The notes beneath the pieces are model-generated. The model saw only the letters and a program-made list of their open reading frames with translations. It did no database searches and was not told the DNA's origin. Shown one piece after another: positions 25,383 to 33,333 of a DNA stretch of 37,982 nt. The stretch's first letter is position 1. Every line of letters begins with the position of its first letter. The stretch spans positions 1 through 37,982 of IMG/VR virus record IMGVR_UViG_3300020161_000567, one strand, 5' to 3'. The stretch comes from a virus. Lineage: Duplodnaviria > Caudoviricetes. The translations under genes and the position numbers were made by a program.

Positions 25383-25582
25383 AAACAGGCGCACAAAGAC
25401 AACTCAAAGACCCTAGCGCGCTCACCCCATACGAGCAGCGCATCTGGGAGTTACGCCAGCAAGGGTTAGACAATCATCAGATCGGCGCGGCTATGGAGCA
25501 ATTACCGGCAAGCGTAGCTTCTCGCATGAAGGCCATAAAAGAGAAATTGGAATTGCAAGATGCGCTACGCATGGTGGGATAA
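25379..25582 (+). CDS. Solo LuxR / sigma-region-4-type HTH regulator
   Basis: LTPYEQRIWELRQQGLDNHQIGAAM...SVASRMKAIKEKL; GGAGG RBS. Confidence 0.75.
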   Translation: MKTGAQRQLKDPSALTPYEQRIWELRQQGLDNHQIGAAMEQLPASVASRMKAIKEKLELQDALRMVG

Positions 25583-25880
25583 AGAGAAAGATAGCGACGT
25601 GTTTATAAAGGACATCATAGCAGAGGTGGCCGATGAGTTTGCGCTGTCCCCGTCGGACATTCTCGAACGTAAGAGAAAGCCTAAATACGTGTCCGCGCGA
25701 TATAAGGCCATGTGGCGCGCGCGGACAGAAACAAGCGCGAGTTATTTAAAGCTCGCGCGAATATTTAAACGCGATCACACAACCGTTATTCACGGTGTCA
25801 GATCTTGGGGGGCTAGGTTAGATGGCAAACAATATAAAAGAGCAAAGCGCACTGACGGTGCTAGTAGCAGTGATAATTGA
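25560..25880 (+). CDS. Solo DnaA C-terminal (domain IV) HTH protein
   Basis: IIAEVADEFALSPSDI...R...ARYKAMW...LARIFKRDHTTVIHGV matches the DnaA signature region. Confidence 0.8.
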   Translation: MRYAWWDKEKDSDVFIKDIIAEVADEFALSPSDILERKRKPKYVSARYKAMWRARTETSASYLKLARIFKRDHTTVIHGVRSWGARLDGKQYKRAKRTDGASSSDN

Positions 25881-25992
25881 AATATTGTTGGGGTTAAAAT
25901 GACGATCTATCAGCTAGTCGATCCAGCCTTACTATACGATGGCCTTGGGATCTGTTATTAATCGGGGACGTGTTGACCTCCCCTAGACTTGG

Positions 25993-26020
25993 CCCTGCGC
26001 CTAACGGCGCGGGGTTTTTT
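25993..26020 (+). terminator. Rho-independent terminator ending the early operon
   Basis: CCCTGCGCC-TAAC-GGCGCGGGG stem followed by T6. Confidence 0.8.
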
Positions 26021-26393
26021 GTCCCCCAAACAAGCGCGGCGCATTGGTCATATAGTTCACGCTAAAGTTAGGTGAGTTAAGTGGCGGCATATAATAGTCC
26101 GACGCTTCGCCAGCGCGCATGACGGGGTTATAATAGTCCGCTGATGGGCCTTGGCGGGTGTCAGGTATAGCCAGACCAAACCGCTCCAAATAAGGCATCA
26201 GCGCCGCTCTCATGTAATTCTGAGTATCAACCAGATAGCCATAGTTGGGATCTTCTGGTATAGCGCGCTGATATTCGTCAGGCATCTCGCCCCAGTTGAT
26301 CGCGCGCATGTCGGACTGAAATCGCTTAATTTTGTCGAAGATGCTTTCGTCGGCCAATGCCGCCATAGCGTTCCTGTTAAGAGTGTCCGGCAT
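26001..26393 (-). CDS. Hypothetical protein (possible internal virion protein)
   Basis: 130-aa ORF from the ATG at 26393; natural-looking composition; ends inside the early terminator. Confidence 0.5.
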   Translation of the reverse strand: MPDTLNRNAMAALADESIFDKIKRFQSDMRAINWGEMPDEYQRAIPEDPNYGYLVDTQNYMRAALMPYLERFGLAIPDTRQGPSADYYNPVMRAGEASDYYMPPLNSPNFSVNYMTNAPRLFGGQKTPRR

Positions 26394-26613
26394 GACCGAT
26401 TCCGAATATGAACGCCGCCTCAAAGCCCTTCAGCAAGAGGTCAGTTCAGCCTATCTTAAAGGCTATTCTGAAGCTAGGCAACGATCACAATGGACGATTA
26501 GCGCCGCCGTGGACGAAAGCAACCGTCTGAGGCTCGCACTCGAAGCGGCGTTGGTTGAGGTGGACGAAACAACAAAAATAAAAATTCTTGAAACATTGCG
26601 AAGAAAATCATAG
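26392..26613 (+). CDS. Hypothetical coiled-coil protein (73 aa)
   Basis: MTDSEYERRLKALQQEVSSAYLKGYSEAR...; heptad pattern; only a weak RBS. Confidence 0.5.
   Translation: MTDSEYERRLKALQQEVSSAYLKGYSEARQRSQWTISAAVDESNRLRLALEAALVEVDETTKIKILETLRRKS
26498..26611 (-). CDS. Candidate 37-aa peptide with hydrophobic N-terminus and Arg-rich C-terminus
   Basis: MIFFAMFQEFLFLLFRPPQPTPLRVRASDGCFRPRRR; GGAGGG RBS 7 nt upstream; promoter immediately upstream. Confidence 0.4.
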   Translation of the reverse strand: MIFFAMFQEFLFLLFRPPQPTPLRVRASDGCFRPRRR

Positions 26614-26637
26614 CCAAACCCTCCAAAGGGTCAGACC

Positions 26638-26666
26638 ATGATCCTACCGTTTGCCATAAATGTCAA
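26638..26666 (-). promoter_or_regulatory. Putative sigma70 promoter TTGACA-N17-GATCAT
   Basis: Perfect -35, 17-nt spacer, 4/6 match at -10. Confidence 0.5.
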
Positions 26667-26711
26667 CGGCATAGCCCCTCTTTGCAGGTGTGATAGACGA
26701 TTTTAGTCAGC

Positions 26712-29102
26712 TCACACCCACTTAGGCTTAGACTTAGGCATAGGAACAACATTATCTTCTTTAGGCTTCTCATCATCTTTAGGCTTCTCCTCGAATTTCA
26801 TTGTGTTTGCTAACATTTCCCTAAGTTTAGGTTTCTTGTGTTTATCTAACATATGCGGCGCGCAGAATATGTGCTTTTTAGTTTGGTGCTCAGGCGTCGC
26901 CACAGAGCCGCAGTCAATCCAGCCCGCTTCCTTGAGCGCCTGGAACAGCGCCGCTGGCGGTATCTTCATTTTAGTAGCTGGCGCTTTAGTTGATACAGCT
27001 AATTCTTGACAGATCTTATGGAACGGACTGCCAATAACTTCACGATCAAATGGCGGCTCTTTGTTTCTTATCGCGTCTAAGATGTAACTCTCAGCCAGCG
27101 ACATGCCGCTTTCAATCAGCGATGCTTTATAATCGGTCAGCGGCGGCATCATGCCAGGATTGAACTTAGACACGTCGCGGTCGTGTAACCACTGAGCGAT
27201 AGCGTTGAAGCCCTCACGCTGATACCATGCCGCCATAGCCGCGCCATCCGACGCGCGCATACGCGGCGCAGTAGACCACACGCAGAACCAGCGGCGGTCG
27301 GTTGACTCAAGCGTGATCGGTAGCCGATGATTTGTGAACGCTAGAACGAATAAACGGTTTAGCATGTAATACGGATGCAAGCCCTTACGGTTGATCGAGA
27401 TCAGATCCGGCGGCGCAGCGATAAGCGGCTTGAGTTGGTTAGCCAGTGCGCGGCGTTCAACGGCCTCGCCTTCCTTTAACTCGTTAAGGACAACGATCTC
27501 GCTTTCTAAAAGATAGCCCCACTGATTGTTGATTAGCTCGTTCTTTATCAATCCATAGTTACGATGAAACGGGCCGCATATACTCCAGATAAACGGTGCC
27601 CACATAAGATCCTTACCAGCGCCTTCATCGCCGCCGTGTAAGACCGCATGGTTTATTTTAATCTTAGGCTTTTGCAGCTTGAACGCCATCATATCAAAAA
27701 TGTGTTCACGCTCATTAGTCTCAGGGACAAGCAGTTCGCAATGCTTATGCCAGCGGTCTATACTCGCGGTTGACGAAACGATAGCTGGCCGCGCTTCAAG
27801 CCATTTATTGCCATAGACAAGACCATCGCGCGTAATCGTCGCATCCTCGCCCGATGCGTAAGTGATCTCATCGACAATGGCTGCGCCTTCACTTTGTCTG
27901 TTTTCATCATAAAAAGTCGCTGCCTCAACTTTACGTCCAGTATGTATCGAGATGCACTTAGTCCCACGGTAGATGGCGTTAAACGAAGGCCGCGACACCT
28001 CACGGCGCGTCACCTTATTAAAATAACCATCATCAGTTACAACATAAGCCCACTCATCAAACCAACCCGCGCGAGCTTCTATAACCTCAGTGCGCCGATC
28101 TGCATCTTCTTGACGAACTTTAGCGTCGTCTGGAAATATATCGTTAGGTTCGTTATTGGCGCGCATCTTCTGACCAAGCTCTGATATAAGCTCGCTACGC
28201 AGCCCTTGCTTTTCAGATGGCCCACCATTGTCAGCAACCCATTTCAAAAAATAATTGCTGTCGATCTTGTCTCTGCAATGCCCATGAAAACAAAAATAAG
28301 ATCTCGTCGCAGCGTGATAGCGCCCTTCTATGCCTTCGCTGTGTTCTTCATGGTTAGGACAGATAACACTACGCCAGCCTTCATTGTTGATACTCGTTAA
28401 GATTAAATTATTATCGTTCAACCATGCGGTAATGTTATCATTACCTGTATCTTTAATCTTTATGGGCCGCCCGCTTGTTGTGTTCGCTTCACCTGGCGTT
28501 ACGTTAAGCGCGGCGCAGATCTGTTCAAGCGTGAACAAACGGTCTGGATTAAACTCAAGCAGTTTAGCTGCGAAGTTGTTGCGGCCACGCTTTAAATTAA
28601 CACTACCTGGCATACGGAAATTACGAACTGGATTGTTTGCGCCTTTGTCAGTGTAAAGCGCATCAGCTATGGCGTTGATCGCTGCGCTAAACTCATTCGT
28701 TGTCGGTTGATTGTCTGGATCAAAAGCATAGCCCCACTGAATAGACCCTTCAGATGTTTCCATCTTCCAAGTAGGTTCAAGCGGCGGTATGATTAACTGA
28801 CCATAATCTTTTAGCGATCCTATGTCGTCTAACATCATAACAAGAACGTAATCGCAGTTAGCGGCTGATGCGCTTACTTTACCATCAACGAAACGCTCTT
28901 TGATGTAGCAGCCCGTGTTACCATACCAAGAGTCACCTTCTTTGATGCGCGCTTGTTCAGGCAGAAACGCAGGATAAGTAGACTCCGGCGTTCCGTCGGG
29001 GAAGTAATGCACTTCACCGTCACGTTTCTTTAATATCTGTTTAGTAAAAAGCGCTGTCTCACCATCGAATGAAAGGCTTTTAAGAAAGTCAACGAAAGTC
29101 AT
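26712..29102 (-). CDS. Primase-helicase (RepB-like primase + Zn-binding domain + SF3/DUF5906-type helicase)
   Basis: MMLDDIG, ETSEGSIQWGY, RNFRMPGS; CPNHEEH...CFHGHC; Walker A GDEGAGKD; VVLNE; FTN; DRRW. Confidence 0.85.
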   Translation of the reverse strand: MTFVDFLKSLSFDGETALFTKQILKKRDGEVHYFPDGTPESTYPAFLPEQARIKEGDSWYGNTGCYIKERFVDGKVSASAANCDYVLVMMLDDIGSLKDYGQLIIPPLEPTWKMETSEGSIQWGYAFDPDNQPTTNEFSAAINAIADALYTDKGANNPVRNFRMPGSVNLKRGRNNFAAKLLEFNPDRLFTLEQICAALNVTPGEANTTSGRPIKIKDTGNDNITAWLNDNNLILTSINNEGWRSVICPNHEEHSEGIEGRYHAATRSYFCFHGHCRDKIDSNYFLKWVADNGGPSEKQGLRSELISELGQKMRANNEPNDIFPDDAKVRQEDADRRTEVIEARAGWFDEWAYVVTDDGYFNKVTRREVSRPSFNAIYRGTKCISIHTGRKVEAATFYDENRQSEGAAIVDEITYASGEDATITRDGLVYGNKWLEARPAIVSSTASIDRWHKHCELLVPETNEREHIFDMMAFKLQKPKIKINHAVLHGGDEGAGKDLMWAPFIWSICGPFHRNYGLIKNELINNQWGYLLESEIVVLNELKEGEAVERRALANQLKPLIAAPPDLISINRKGLHPYYMLNRLFVLAFTNHRLPITLESTDRRWFCVWSTAPRMRASDGAAMAAWYQREGFNAIAQWLHDRDVSKFNPGMMPPLTDYKASLIESGMSLAESYILDAIRNKEPPFDREVIGSPFHKICQELAVSTKAPATKMKIPPAALFQALKEAGWIDCGSVATPEHQTKKHIFCAPHMLDKHKKPKLREMLANTMKFEEKPKDDEKPKEDNVVPMPKSKPKWV

Positions 29103-29157
29103 TTGTTCCTCGCATGTCGCATACGATCAGCGGCATTTTCATTAATTGTCCCATAAC

Positions 29158-31080
29158 CTACTTCCCGTAACGGTTCATAACGGAAACTTCTATATTTAAT
29201 GGTAAACCTTCCGCCCATGACGGCGGCGTTTTCATTATTCGTTCTAATGCTTTTTGTGCTTTGTCTGGATTATCTGTTTCAATAACAATTTCATCGTGAA
29301 CGTGTAGAACAGTATCAAAACCTTCATCATCAAGGCAGCGTAAAGCATGGCGTAAAATATCTGCGGCGGTAGCTTGTGTAATATTTTCACAAGCTAATCC
29401 TTTCCATAATCTTGCACGCGGCCATTGTTTAGCGTCGGCGCTAGGCTTAAATGACGCTTTAGCGTATGTTACCTCTTCTTTGACGCTATTAAAATCGGCA
29501 TACGGATAGCACAGCCTGCGACCCGAAGGGAGAATATACCAAAGGTGTCTATTCTGCCGCAAGTATTTTACGCGCCCCGCTTCAAACTCTGTGTCGTCCT
29601 TTCGCATGGCGTTTGTGTAGGCTTCTTGTAACGCAGACCAAAAGTCAGCGGCCCAATCATTAGCCTTGCGCCAACCGACAACCATCTGGTTTGCTTCAGT
29701 TTCAGGTAAATCAACGCCGTAGATGCGCCCCATCGCGGCAAACGCGCCGATACCGCCAGCGAATCCGCACGCAAGCTCTTGAACTTTACCGATCTGTCGC
29801 TGATCTTTTGTTACTTGATCTTCTGTTATGTTAAATGTTTTAGCCGCATTTACTTTATAAACATCAGCGCCCGTCTCAAATAAATCTAGCTTTGCTTGAC
29901 CATTATTAGACAACCACGGAGTTATACGGGCTTCGATGGACGACCAGTCTGCTACTACAAATTTTTTATTAGCGGCCGGAATTAACGCAGGGCGTAACAT
30001 ACTCTTAAGCACATCGGTGACGCGCTTACCATGTATAGGCACAATCGGTTTACGACGCACCATATCTTGACGAACCGAGTCGGGTTTGTCCGCACACTTG
30101 CGTGTGAAGTTATGCACTTGCGCGCCGTATGATGACGCTCTACCCGTGGCGCTGCCGCCAGCGAATACAAACGCGCCGCGCACACGGTCGTCCTCTCCGG
30201 CGAGCTGTTCAAGCCGTTTGAACTTAGCGACTGACGACGCCCACATATCATCGGCGCATTGTATGACCTCAAGGACATCGGGCGGCACTTGGTCAAGGTC
30301 GTCCATTGACAACAGCGCGGCCCGCACGCTCTTGTCGATAGACGGCTTGTCGTTCTTGACCGCCAGCGCACGCGCATCTGGCCCTAGCCGCGCTAACACC
30401 CACTCGCGCATCTTAGGACTGCGGACAGATGTGATCGCGCCTTTAGTTATATCAACCACGCGCTTTTGAATATCAACAACCTCGATCTCAGAATAGGTCA
30501 GCGCAGCCCTGCACAGTTTGACATCTACGCGCACGCCTCTGTCGTTGATTCGCTCGTTGACGTGATAATCAGTTAGCTGTTCTTCGCTCAACGGTTCGAT
30601 GCGTTGGCTAAAGTCTCGCATAGCACGAACGTCCTGCGCGCAATATCTAATCAAACCTTTCATATCTTCGTCAGTGCCTTTGAACGGCGGCGTGCAGAGC
30701 TTCTTAACAAGTGCGCCGCCTTTGTGATCTTTACGCATTGACGCGCCCATAAAGCGCCCGACATCTTCTAACGATCCTGGCATACAGTTAGCGCGTGCCT
30801 GTGCAGACGTGCAGTAAAAGCGATCTATCGGCATCGGCATACCAAGCACATGCTCTATGATTAGCCGCTCGAAGGCTGCGTTATGCGCGCATATCTGTTG
30901 GTCTGGAGCGTTAGCAAATACCTTACGCATCTCCGACACGTTCGTCGTGACGTTGACGCTTTCATCATTAAACGCAAAGCCCATGCACAGGATCTGCGTC
31001 GAAGGATGACGGGCGTAGTTATATACGCCCATCGATTTTAGATCGCACTCGCTCCGCGTTTCAAAATCAAGCCAGATCAT
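29158..31080 (-). CDS. Family A DNA polymerase with 3'-5' exonuclease
   Basis: Exonuclease LDFET and AHNAAFER; motif A DWSSIEAR, motif B RQIGKVQELACGF, motif C VHDEI. Confidence 0.93.
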   Translation of the reverse strand: MIWLDFETRSECDLKSMGVYNYARHPSTQILCMGFAFNDESVNVTTNVSEMRKVFANAPDQQICAHNAAFERLIIEHVLGMPMPIDRFYCTSAQARANCMPGSLEDVGRFMGASMRKDHKGGALVKKLCTPPFKGTDEDMKGLIRYCAQDVRAMRDFSQRIEPLSEEQLTDYHVNERINDRGVRVDVKLCRAALTYSEIEVVDIQKRVVDITKGAITSVRSPKMREWVLARLGPDARALAVKNDKPSIDKSVRAALLSMDDLDQVPPDVLEVIQCADDMWASSVAKFKRLEQLAGEDDRVRGAFVFAGGSATGRASSYGAQVHNFTRKCADKPDSVRQDMVRRKPIVPIHGKRVTDVLKSMLRPALIPAANKKFVVADWSSIEARITPWLSNNGQAKLDLFETGADVYKVNAAKTFNITEDQVTKDQRQIGKVQELACGFAGGIGAFAAMGRIYGVDLPETEANQMVVGWRKANDWAADFWSALQEAYTNAMRKDDTEFEAGRVKYLRQNRHLWYILPSGRRLCYPYADFNSVKEEVTYAKASFKPSADAKQWPRARLWKGLACENITQATAADILRHALRCLDDEGFDTVLHVHDEIVIETDNPDKAQKALERIMKTPPSWAEGLPLNIEVSVMNRYGK

Positions 31081-31405
31081 TTTTGGAACGCTCTAATAAC
31101 CGCAACTCTTCGTTATATATTTGCATAACGCGCGTTGTTGATAATTTATGTTTATCGGCTAATGATACAAACGTAGCGCCTAAACGTCTTTCTTCATATA
31201 TATTTTTAACGCGCTCCGATTGTGGTTTAGCAACATTATTATATTTTTTAACCGCTAGATCTGCACGTAAATCACCGATAATTTGGTTTTGCAGATCTAA
31301 TTTACTACGCAGGGCATTGATCTCACCCTGCAAATTATCCATAGCCATATCAACTTTTTTAAATGCTTTGGCTATTTGAGCGTCTAGTCTATTTTGGGGC
31401 GTCAT
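31067..31405 (-). CDS. Coiled-coil protein with C-terminal HTH
   Basis: 112 aa; RVKNIYEERRLGATFVSLADKHKLSTTRVMQIY resembles an HTH. Confidence 0.6.
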   Translation of the reverse strand: MTPQNRLDAQIAKAFKKVDMAMDNLQGEINALRSKLDLQNQIIGDLRADLAVKKYNNVAKPQSERVKNIYEERRLGATFVSLADKHKLSTTRVMQIYNEELRLLERSKNDLA

Positions 31406-31616
31406 AGCGCGTTCCAATCGTTTGTCCGTAGCGGTTGCTGTAATACATGCCATACTCATCGCCTACGCCCGCAGCGACCATGCGTCCGTTGCGGTCATAG
31501 ATGAAGGTCTGTTCGCCATAGTTCATTTCAGTGAAGCGGTTCGTCTCCACTTCCTGAGCTTTCAAAGGCTGTGCGATAAGCGTCAACAATACGGTCGAGA
31601 ACAAAAAGTATTTCAT
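31389..31616 (-). CDS. Small secreted protein with a Sec signal peptide
   Basis: MKYFLFSTVLLTLIAQPLKA|QE signal-like N-terminus; Tyr/Gly-rich beta-hairpin mature part. Confidence 0.6.
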   Translation of the reverse strand: MKYFLFSTVLLTLIAQPLKAQEVETNRFTEMNYGEQTFIYDRNGRMVAAGVGDEYGMYYSNRYGQTIGTRYDAPK

Positions 31617-31833
31617 CTGGCTTCTCATGTTTGTTTGAGTAATCTTTGATTGTGAATAGTAAATCGCCCATCAGTTGCTTTAGTCGCGCTTCACGATCAT
31701 CACGACGATCTTTACGGTCTTCACGTTCTAAAGCATCTAAATAGTATTCCGAATCTTCCCGTTCGCCGCCGCATAGGCAAGAATATTCCGGCTCGTTACA
31801 TTTTTTACATTGTGGCATACTTGCGTCGCTCAT
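31528..31833 (-). CDS. Hypothetical protein with N-terminal CxxC...CxC
   Basis: 101 aa; GAGG RBS; ATGA coupling. Confidence 0.65.
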   Translation of the reverse strand: MSDASMPQCKKCNEPEYSCLCGGEREDSEYYLDALEREDRKDRRDDREARLKQLMGDLLFTIKDYSNKHEKPDEILFVLDRIVDAYRTAFESSGSGDEPLH

Positions 31834-32435
31834 TGGTTTACCCTCGTTATTTTAGCATCCCATATTACCGATTCCGTAACCTTTGTTGGATCCGTTGCGT
31901 CTTGCGTTAGGAACTGTGTTGCGATAGGCCCAACGCCGAGCGCCATCCAATAACGCGCGCCTGTGGCTGGCTTGCCATTCCAGTTCTGCAAGTATGTGAA
32001 CTGGATCACGTCTTGATAGTAAGCGCCAAGCACATTCATCTGTGATATTTGCTCTTCAAAATGCACGATCTGCACACCGCTGCTTGACGCTGGAGGCCAG
32101 CATTTAAAAAAATCAAATTTAGGATAGTTGATATAGTCAGACCCAACGTCCTGAAATTCGCCCCAACCAATTGGCGGATTGAGCACGACCTTCTTATTGT
32201 TGGGATAGTCGTCACGCCACTCAGCGACGCCGAAGCCAGGGTTGTATCGGTAGAACCATTTGTTCAACCATGTGCCTGCGCTGTCGTAGTTATTGTAGAG
32301 CATACTGTCGCTGCCCTTGTCGTAACTAAAGACAGACGTGAACGACGGCGTGTCCGGCGCTTGATAGTCAAAGCGGCGCAGTTCACCCGATTTGAAGAAC
32401 GGCCAGTAGGCCGGTATGAAGAGTTTATCCGCCAC
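31830..32435 (-). CDS. Aromatic-rich hypothetical protein
   Basis: 201 aa; GTG start with AAGGT RBS. Confidence 0.75.
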   Translation of the reverse strand: MADKLFIPAYWPFFKSGELRRFDYQAPDTPSFTSVFSYDKGSDSMLYNNYDSAGTWLNKWFYRYNPGFGVAEWRDDYPNNKKVVLNPPIGWGEFQDVGSDYINYPKFDFFKCWPPASSSGVQIVHFEEQISQMNVLGAYYQDVIQFTYLQNWNGKPATGARYWMALGVGPIATQFLTQDATDPTKVTESVIWDAKITRVNQ

Positions 32436-32604
32436 AGCGCACCTTATCCTTTGCTAGAGCTAGTCTTGTCTGCGCGGCCCTTGGCGTAATGCCAAGAATT
32501 ACCGCTATGTCTTTAGCCCTGAAGCCTTTACGAAACAGATCATAGACCTGTTGTTCCTTGGGCGTTAGACGTGTTGCATCATTCCAAACTTTACGTTCGG
32601 TCAT
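32425..32604 (-). CDS. Second solo LuxR-type HTH regulator (59 aa)
   Basis: Translated by hand: MTERKVWNDATRLTPKEQQVYDLFRKGFRAKDIAVILGITPRAAQTRLALAKDKVRCGG. Confidence 0.75.
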   Translation of the reverse strand: MTERKVWNDATRLTPKEQQVYDLFRKGFRAKDIAVILGITPRAAQTRLALAKDKVRCGG

Positions 32605-32622
32605 CTTCTTATCTTTCTGTTT

Positions 32623-32666
32623 AGAAAATAATGGGGCGGCACGGTGTCACGCGAACGCCGCCCCAT
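32623..32666 (-). terminator. GC-rich hairpin with T-tail after the SSB-like gene
   Basis: ATGGGGCGGC-16 nt-GCCGCCCCAT followed by TATTTTCT. Confidence 0.6.
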
Positions 32667-32700
32667 CACCCAACCTAATACGGCATTATTAGGAAGGGTA

Positions 32701-33333
32701 TTAGCTACGGCGGCGACGCACCGTGCTTGCTGCTTCAGGCATCACGTCTTCACCGGCGCTGCCGTCTAAGCCAATCCATTTAGTGATCTTGAACACAGGA
32801 GTGTAAACACGACCATAAACCTTATGTGCGTAGTATTCACTACCAAGTTCTACTAATGGCACAATCGCTTCAGGATCTGAGTCAGATTTATCCGCTACTT
32901 GGTGCATAAGCGCTGTTAGGGCGCGCTTACCACCAACCGACGTTGTTGAGAAACGCGCGTTTAACTCTTCATCAGAGCCTTGCACACATTTCACAGCCAT
33001 GCCCAGTTGGTTTTCCCAACCACGCGCAGCGCCACTAGGAGGTGGCCCAAGATCTACCGAATCAAGATCAACATTTATCGGATACATCTTTTCAGCCAAT
33101 ACTTCGCCTTGGCCCCAAGCAATAAAGCCATGAACAAAGGAGAAAGGATTAACCGCCCATACGCTAGTCTTCTCAATCTCAGTCTGGTCAGCGCCGACAA
33201 CCCAGTGGCCGGTCTTATCCATCTTAATAATTGCTGCGTTCATAGGCGCAGATTCGGATTTAACCGAACGCAACACCTGTGAAAGATTAGCTATTACGTT
33301 ATGTTCAACATTAAACTTTACTAGATCAGACAT
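32701..33333 (-). CDS. Putative single-stranded DNA-binding protein
   Basis: 210 aa, beta-rich and aromatic (HKVYGRVYTPVF); sits between the DUF2800 nuclease and the polymerase. Confidence 0.55.
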   Translation of the reverse strand: MSDLVKFNVEHNVIANLSQVLRSVKSESAPMNAAIIKMDKTGHWVVGADQTEIEKTSVWAVNPFSFVHGFIAWGQGEVLAEKMYPINVDLDSVDLGPPPSGAARGWENQLGMAVKCVQGSDEELNARFSTTSVGGKRALTALMHQVADKSDSDPEAIVPLVELGSEYYAHKVYGRVYTPVFKITKWIGLDGSAGEDVMPEAASTVRRRRS

